45,469 nt of DNA, taken from positions 1 through 45,469 of the forward strand of contig JAUCBJ010005094.1 in assembly GCA_032718475.1 (NCBI GenBank). The letters are read 5' to 3'. This document shows positions 38,901 to 45,469 of this stretch, one piece after another. The DNA is from Nemertoderma westbladi (Eukaryota > Animalia > Xenacoelomorpha). The position numbers and the translations under genes were made by a program. Each line of letters opens with the position of its first letter. The first letter of the stretch is position 1. The notes under the pieces are model-generated. The model was given only the letters and a program-made list of their open reading frames with translations. It was not told the origin of the DNA and made no database searches.

Positions 38901-41518
38901 GTTCAATCACTCCTGGAACAATGCAAGTAGTTCAATCACTAATGGAACAATGCGAGCAGTTCAATCACTCCTGGAACAATGCGAGTAGTTCAATCACTAA
39001 TGGAACAATGCGAGCAGTTCAATCACTCCTGGATCAATGGGAGTAGTTCAATCACTCCTGGAACAATGCAAGTAGTTCAATCACTCCTGGAACAATGCGA
39101 GCAGTTCAATCACTCCTGGATCAATGGGAGTAGTTCAATCACTCCTGGATCAATGGGAGTAGTTCAATCACTCCTGGATCAATGGGAGTAGTTCAATCAC
39201 TAATGGAACAATGCAAGTAGTTCAATCACTCCTGGATCAATGGGAGTAGTTCAATCACTCCTGGATCAATGGGAGTAGTTCAATCACTCCTGGATCAATG
39301 GGAGTAGTTCAATCACTAATGGAACAATGCAAGTAGTTCAATCACTCCTGGATCAATGGGAGTAGTTCAATCACTCCTGGAACAATGCAAGTAGTTCAAT
39401 CACTAATGGAACAATGCGAGCAGTTCAATCACTAATGGAACAATGCGAGCAGTTCAATCACTCCTGGATCAATGGGAGTAGTTCAATCACTCCTGGATCA
39501 ATGGGAGTAGTTCAATCACTCCTGGATCAATGGGAGTAGTTCAATCACTCCTGGATCAATGGGAGTAGTTCAATCACTAATGGAACAATGCGAGCAGTTC
39601 AATCACTAATGGAACAATGCGAGCAGTTCAATCACTCCTGGATCAATGGGAGTAGTTCAATCACTCCTGGATCAATGGGAGTAGTTCAATCACTCCTGGA
39701 TCAATGGGAGTAGTTCAATCACTCCTGGATCAATGGGAGTAGTTCAATCACTCCTGGATCAATGGGAGTAGTTCAATCACTCCTGGATCAATGGGAGTAG
39801 TTCAATCACTAATGGAACAATGCAAGTAGTTCAATCACTCCTGGATCAATGGGAGTAGTTCAATCACTCCTGGATCAATGGGAGTAGTTCAATCACTCCT
39901 GGATCAATGGGAGTAGTTCAATCACTAATGGAACAATGCAAGTAGTTCAATCACTCCTGGATCAATGGGAGTAGTTCAATCACTCCTGGAACAATGCAAG
40001 TAGTTCAATCACTAATGGAACAATGCGAGCAGTTCAATCACTCCTGGATCAATGGGAGTAGTTCAATCACTCCTGGAACAATGCAAGTAGTTCAATCACT
40101 AATGGAACAATGCGAGCAGTTCAATCACTCCTGGATCAATGGGAGTAGTTCAATCACTCCTGGAACAATGGGAGTAGTTCAATCACTCCTGGATCAATGG
40201 GAGTAGTTCAATCACTCCTGGAACAATGCAAGTAGTTCAATCACTAATGGAACAATGCGAGCAGTTCAATCACTCCTGGATCAATGGGAGTAGTTCAATC
40301 ACTCCTGGATCAATGGGAGTAGTTCAATCACTCCTGGATCAATGGGAGTAGTTCAATCACTAATGGAACAATGCGAGTAGTTCAATCACTAATGGAACAA
40401 TGCAAGTAGTTCAATCACTCCTGGATCAATGGGAGTAGTTCAATCACTCCTGGAACAATGCGAGCAGTTCAATCACTCCTGGATCAATGGGAGTAGTTCA
40501 ATCACTCCTGGAACAATGCAAGTAGTTCAATCACTAATGGAACAATGCGAGCAGTTCAATCACTCCTGGATCAATGGGAGTAGTTCAATCACTCCTGGAT
40601 CAATGGGAGTAGTTCAATCACTCCTGGATCAATGGGAGTAGTTCAATCACTAATGGAACAATGCGAGTAGTTCAATCACTAATGGAACAATGCAAGTAGT
40701 TCAATCACTCCTGGATCAATGGGAGTAGTTCAATCACTCCTGGAACAATGCAAGTAGTTCAATCACTAATGGAACAATGCGAGCAGTTCAATCACTCCTG
40801 GATCAATGGGAGTAGTTCAATCACTCCTGGAACAATGCAAGTAGTTCAATCACTAATGGAACAATGCGAGCAGTTCAATCACTCCTGGATCAATGGGAGT
40901 AGTTCAATCACTCCTGGATCAATACGAGTAGTTCAATTACGCCTGGATCAATGGGAGTAGTTCAATCACTCCTGGATCAATGGGAGTAGTTCAATCACTA
41001 ATGGAACAATGCAAGTAGTTCAATCACTCCTGGATCAATGGGAGTAGTTCAATCACTCCTGGATCAATGGGAGTAGTTCAATCACTCCTGGATCAATGGG
41101 AGTAGTTCAATCACTCCTGGATCAATGGGAGTAGTTCAATCACTAATGGAACAATGCGAGTAGTTCAATCACTAATGGAACAATGCGAGTAGTTCAATCA
41201 CTAATGGAACAATGCGAGCAGTTCAATCACTCCTGGATCAATGGGAGTTGTTCAATCACTCTGGAACAATGGGAGTAGTTCAATCACTAATGGAACAATG
41301 CGAGTAGTTCAATCACTAATGGAACAATGCGAGCAGTTCAATCACTAATGGAACAATGCGAGCAGTTCAATCACTCCTGGATCAATGGGAGTTGTTCAAT
41401 CACTCCTGGATCAGTGCGAATAGTTCAATCACTCCTGGATCAATGCGAGCAGTTCAATCACTAATGGAACAATGCGAGTAGTTCAATCACTCCTGGATCA
41501 ATGCGAGCAGTTCAATCA
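32937..41518. repeat. 29-bp satellite, about 296 units (8582 bp), consensus CT(CC/AA)TGGA(T/A)CAATG(G/C)(G/A)AG(T/C)AGTTCAATCA
   Basis: 296 x 29 = 8584. Subtracting the two 28-bp units seen near 35578 and 41260 gives 8582, which matches the span. The unit at 41490-41518 lies inside the SERAC1 CDS. Confidence 0.97.
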
Positions 41519-43499
41519 TTGAATAAACGTTACGGTTTATAGCTATTCTATTGTAGATCTGTTCGACCAGAAAATCAACAGTAAGTGTGTAAAGTTTTGA
41601 TCTTCGATTGTCAGGTTTACAAATATCAGTGTGGTCCGCGGGGTACATAACAACCTTACCCAAACCGAGGTCTGCCGAATCCATGGTAACCACATGCTGT
41701 CGAATTGGAACGCCACCTAGTTGGAATATAGTCGTTTTTTCTGATTCGACTATGCTGAGAATTGAATAGTCATTGAGTTTAGCTAAATTTATGAAGTTCT
41801 TATTAAGTTTCTGGAGTTGGGAAGAGTTAGGGTGTAATTGGGACACCTCCAAGGACGGTTGAACCAGACTTCGCCAATTTTCAGTGTGAATGCAAAGGGG
41901 AACCCCGAAATGCGGTACGGAATAGAACAACAACGCCTTGGTGCTGTCAGCGATGGGATTCTGGCAGCCCGAAGCAGCAATCAACAGCTCTTTAACCACT
42001 AAACCGCCCATGGAATGTGATATCCACACAATCGGTCTATTACCAAGGCCTGACTGGGTGAGTTTCTCGAGCAACTGCTGGGCATGGTATTCAATTAGTT
42101 TAGGGCTGCGACCAGAAGGTGCAAACCATTCGCTCAAATACGATGGGTAGCCCACTGAGAGAATCCGACAGTCTGACATATCTCTAGATAACCAAGATTT
42201 AGGCCATAGCAATGTCTGTCTTCCAGATTCACCTAAATATATATCAAAGTCTGATTGCACAATCGATACAGATTGCTGTCTTTCCTCAATAGACCAGTCA
42301 TTGACTTTAAACATTACAGATGTCAAGGAATTAAAGCAATGTGATACTATCTGCGATATGATGCTGCACATGGAGTTGATTCTGCTGACAACAGCAACAA
42401 GTAAACTTTTATGTTCAACATCCCGCTGACGCCAAGTAAAGAAAGTGGAGCCTTTAATTCCATGGACAAACACTATATCGGCTAGGGGATGGTTGCTCTG
42501 GTACCAACATGGATGAACTAAATACACGTCCTCAGCAATCCGTTCATTTGTATCATCTGGGACGAGATTGACAAGGATTCTATTACTATAGACACCAAGG
42601 ACCTCGTCATTGGAGGCAAGGAACATATGAAGGGTCGGGAGCAACCCACTCGAGCGAACAATCTCGGAGGGACTCACAGAAGCCGCGTTGTTTAGAATAC
42701 ATAATACTGTCGACTTAATATTCACATTGTAAAGGGAGGACGTCAATATGGATGATAAATAATTGAGGCAACCTAATTTTATCATTTGTTTAATGCAGTC
42801 AATCCTCCTAGAGTAAACAAGAAGGGCATCAAGACAGGCAGACACCATTTTGGGTGTGTCGACATCGATTCGTATATCATCTCTAGGAGTATATAATTCG
42901 TATGGTTCAGTGTGTGGCGGATTATCTTCCTCTGATAATATGTGGCTATATAAATTCTTCAAAGGTACTATATACTCCTCAAATTCTGGGAACTTATGAT
43001 CCGGAAGATTGTATATAATTCGCAGGAGATTGGTATCGATTGAGTCGCCGCCTTCCATTTCGCTGTTTTTAGGCCCTAACAACCGCGGGTCAATGCCCTC
43101 CGAGCGAGCCAATAACGCCAGAGACTCCCAATCACATAAGTTGTAGAATAAGTTGCACTGCGTCACGGTCCAGCTACTCTGCACATCTAGAAGTCTACTC
43201 ACAACCCAACTCGAGTCGCTCCCTATTGATCGCGCCAGATACTCCGGTGTAACATCGTTCCATCGCTGTAAGATTCCTGCAGATTTACCTCTAGCTGACT
43301 TACTGCGCCATCTCTCGGTCTCAACAGCAGATGTAGCAAAGGTAATTTTGTTTCCGATATCACGGGTTTGCTCCACAATAAACGTAACTCCGACAATGCT
43401 ACTTCCAAATACAACAGGTGGGATGAGTTTCTTTAAAACTCGCTTTAATTTGTAAGGAATACGAAGCCGCTTGAAAAACGTAAATCGTAAACGCTGCAT
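41487..43499 (-). CDS. SERAC1: Protein SERAC1 homolog (serine active site-containing alpha/beta hydrolase, phosphatidylglycerol remodelling), 670 aa, intron-free CDS
   Basis: N-terminal hydrophobic segment, helical middle region, and SERAC1-type motifs DIVFVHGIKG, WPKSWL, PIVWISHSMGGLVVK (catalytic Ser), FYSVPHFG, SADLGLG and DHTDICKP. Confidence 0.93.
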   Translation of the reverse strand: MQRLRFTFFKRLRIPYKLKRVLKKLIPPVVFGSSIVGVTFIVEQTRDIGNKITFATSAVETERWRSKSARGKSAGILQRWNDVTPEYLARSIGSDSSWVVSRLLDVQSSWTVTQCNLFYNLCDWESLALLARSEGIDPRLLGPKNSEMEGGDSIDTNLLRIIYNLPDHKFPEFEEYIVPLKNLYSHILSEEDNPPHTEPYELYTPRDDIRIDVDTPKMVSACLDALLVYSRRIDCIKQMIKLGCLNYLSSILTSSLYNVNIKSTVLCILNNAASVSPSEIVRSSGLLPTLHMFLASNDEVLGVYSNRILVNLVPDDTNERIAEDVYLVHPCWYQSNHPLADIVFVHGIKGSTFFTWRQRDVEHKSLLVAVVSRINSMCSIISQIVSHCFNSLTSVMFKVNDWSIEERQQSVSIVQSDFDIYLGESGRQTLLWPKSWLSRDMSDCRILSVGYPSYLSEWFAPSGRSPKLIEYHAQQLLEKLTQSGLGNRPIVWISHSMGGLVVKELLIAASGCQNPIADSTKALLFYSVPHFGVPLCIHTENWRSLVQPSLEVSQLHPNSSQLQKLNKNFINLAKLNDYSILSIVESEKTTIFQLGGVPIRQHVVTMDSADLGLGKVVMYPADHTDICKPDNRRSKLYTLTVDFLVEQIYNRIAINRNVYSMIELLALIQE

Positions 43500-43680
43500 T
43501 ACCGGTAGGCCTAATCTAACAGTATAATCTTCAAATAAATTAAAGTTTTAGCCGGTATTTACAGATTTACTGTAGGCCTACTGCTGTAGGCTGGAACAGT
43601 AAGCAAGCACATTTAAAAACTTTTGCTTTGATTGATTACGCCAGTACGTAGGCCTACCGGGACTGTCTAAAACCCGGTCC

Positions 43681-45034
43681 CAGGGGCGGTTCTAGGATTT
43701 TGCTTGGGGGGGGGGGGGGGGGGGGGGGGCAAAATATTTAATTTGCTGAGGTCAATTTTTCGGATTTTTAAATGGCTCCACGCAAGCAGTAGAGTCCAAT
43801 CTGGACACGTTTATAAACGCCAACTTTAAATCATTAAAAAAAACATCCCCAACAACAACTTTGTCTAAACCCGTCCACTCTAATATATCTAATTATTTAG
43901 TTAACTGAAGGGTCGCAGCCGTTAGCTGGTGGTAACCCGTATCGTTCCAAAGATGTGGTGGAGAGACGCGACGTGTGTGGCACTCCTTTCCATTAATTTG
44001 TAATGATATCGTTTATTGTTTTGGTTAGTTAGGTTTCGGTATGGAGATGGTATGTTCTGCGCAATAAAATAATTATCATATATTTAATTATTTAAGAGGC
44101 AATAAATATACTTTAGTATTTTTAGCCGCACAAACTTTCATAACATGTGTGGTAGTGGAAAATATTGAAGTAATTAAATGACAGACTGAGTTTAATTTGA
44201 CTTAAATGCAATGGGCCATTATTTGTATTTTTAACCCTGTTGAAAATTATTAATTCAGACTATTTTAATTGCAAAATTATATATATATTAAGAAATGTAC
44301 TGCTTAAATTTACTTGCACATGCCTTAAACCACCAAGCCACTGAACTTACCAATGGAGATATTTCCAGTGACCATACCATGGACCAATGGCAGGAGACAT
44401 CTACCTTCTCACCTGTACACCTGTGACACCTTCACATGTGCAATGTGGGCAGTGCTGAAAGGCTATGCAACCAATACAGAACCAAACTACTATGTTTGTA
44501 TGTTGGATGGGCTAAATTTCTAGCATCAATAAGCTAAACTTGGAACCACCATTATACTATCAGCTGGCTATGATGCCACTCCTGCTCAAATTTTGGCGCC
44601 CCTTGGAAGGTGGCGCCCGGGGCCGTCGCCCCCCCCCCCCCCCTTCTGCACGCCACTGCACGGTGGAGAAGACGTTTCGGAAACAAGCTACAGTTCGTCG
44701 CAGCCCCCAATGAAAAAAAAATAAACAAAAAGAAACATTAAAAAAAATTATTATACTTTGAAAAAAATTTCCCGATTTTTTCCCGAATTCCCAAAGTTCC
44801 AGAATTTTACAAAAATATCAGAGTGTTTTATAATGGAGACCGCCGGGTAGTAACTAAATTTTGAAAAAAAATAGAAGTTTTTCCCAGAGAGGTCTGTTTT
44901 CGAGCAAAAGTCGGTACCCACTGGTACGGATTTGCCACATTACCTTTCGCTAGGGAGGGGGCAAGCCCCCCCCCAAGATACCTGGGGAGGGGCAGATGCC
45001 CCCTTGCCCCCCCCCCCCCCTAGAACCGCCTCTG
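43681..45034. mobile_element. Non-autonomous hAT-type element, 1354 bp, 181 bp upstream of the SERAC1 ATG
   Basis: 15-bp TIRs CAGGGGCGGTTCTAG and CTAGAACCGCCTCTG (1 mismatch). 8-bp TSD CCCGGTCC (43673-43680) and CCCGGTCT (45035-45042). Subterminal poly-G and poly-C tracts. Confidence 0.82.
44588..44658. mobile_element. Solitary end of a second hAT-like MITE nested in the 43681-45034 element
   Basis: GC-rich GGCGCCC motifs, a poly-C run and a terminal CACGCCACTG (CAG-type end). The partner TIR was not found. Confidence 0.45.
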
Positions 45035-45245
45035 CCCGGTCTGGTCCCGGTCTCGGTCCACTGCAGAACCTAACACCCGGTCAGTCCAATTTTTGCCCGG
45101 TCCACGTGAAAATTCCTAAAACCCGGTCCCAATAATTCCTAAAACCCGGTCCATAAACTCGCGGTCCATAAAATTTAATTATTAGTTATTAATTATCGGT
45201 CTTAAAGTTAAAATGACTAAAACCCGGTCCCAAAATCACGGTCCA
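45035..45245. repeat. Cluster of AAAACCCGGTCC / CGGTCC motifs, probably an older element split by the hAT insertion
   Basis: The motif occurs at 43669-43680 (left of the insertion) and at about 45118, 45141 and 45219, with partial copies in between. Confidence 0.6.
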
Positions 45246-45469
45246 ATTTTTTCTTACATTTTCATGATATTTTATGTTATAATAATGTTTTTATGAGGGT
45301 GAGTACAAAACAACAACTCAAGACCTGTACAAAACACATGTGTTAACTTTCGTTTATTGTTTTGATTCCCCCAGCACGCCTCTGTAACCTGCTCCTTTAA
45401 ATGGCAATGGGACCTAATTAATGCTCTTTTGGACCTAACGCGACTTTACCTCTTTGTTTTGTACAGGTC

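Noticed and set aside
33441-40960. Many short MQVVQSL ORFs
   Set aside because: Artefacts of the 29-bp satellite.

Overview
This is repeat-rich eukaryotic DNA, probably from an invertebrate animal (inference). About 26 kb of the 45 kb is tandem repeat. There are two intact single-exon minus-strand genes, VPS53 (23985-26405) and SERAC1 (41487-43499). A recent 5.83-kb tandem duplication produced a second, 5'-truncated VPS53 copy whose junction carries templated insertions. Two large arrays are anchored on gene signals. First, an 8.58-kb array of about 296 x 29-bp units is made of the last 29 coding nucleotides of SERAC1; its first junction supplies a TGA stop at the same codon position where a TAG stop sits at the far end of the array. 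Second, a 30 x 54-bp array lies between a splice acceptor and a splice donor, nearly every unit junction is CAG|GTGAGT, and an unlisted frame (GEWQPWPGSTQPFSPTTP)n is open throughout. A 15-bp satellite (about 11 kb plus 3.3 kb) follows each VPS53 copy. Also present are two hAT-type MITEs with 8-bp target-site duplications (TSDs), an RTE-like LINE 3' end split by a tRNA-derived foldback element with a 13-bp TSD, a 65-bp inverted-repeat element and several minisatellites. Most long ORFs in the supplied track are repeat artefacts. All counts were done by eye and no database searches were run.
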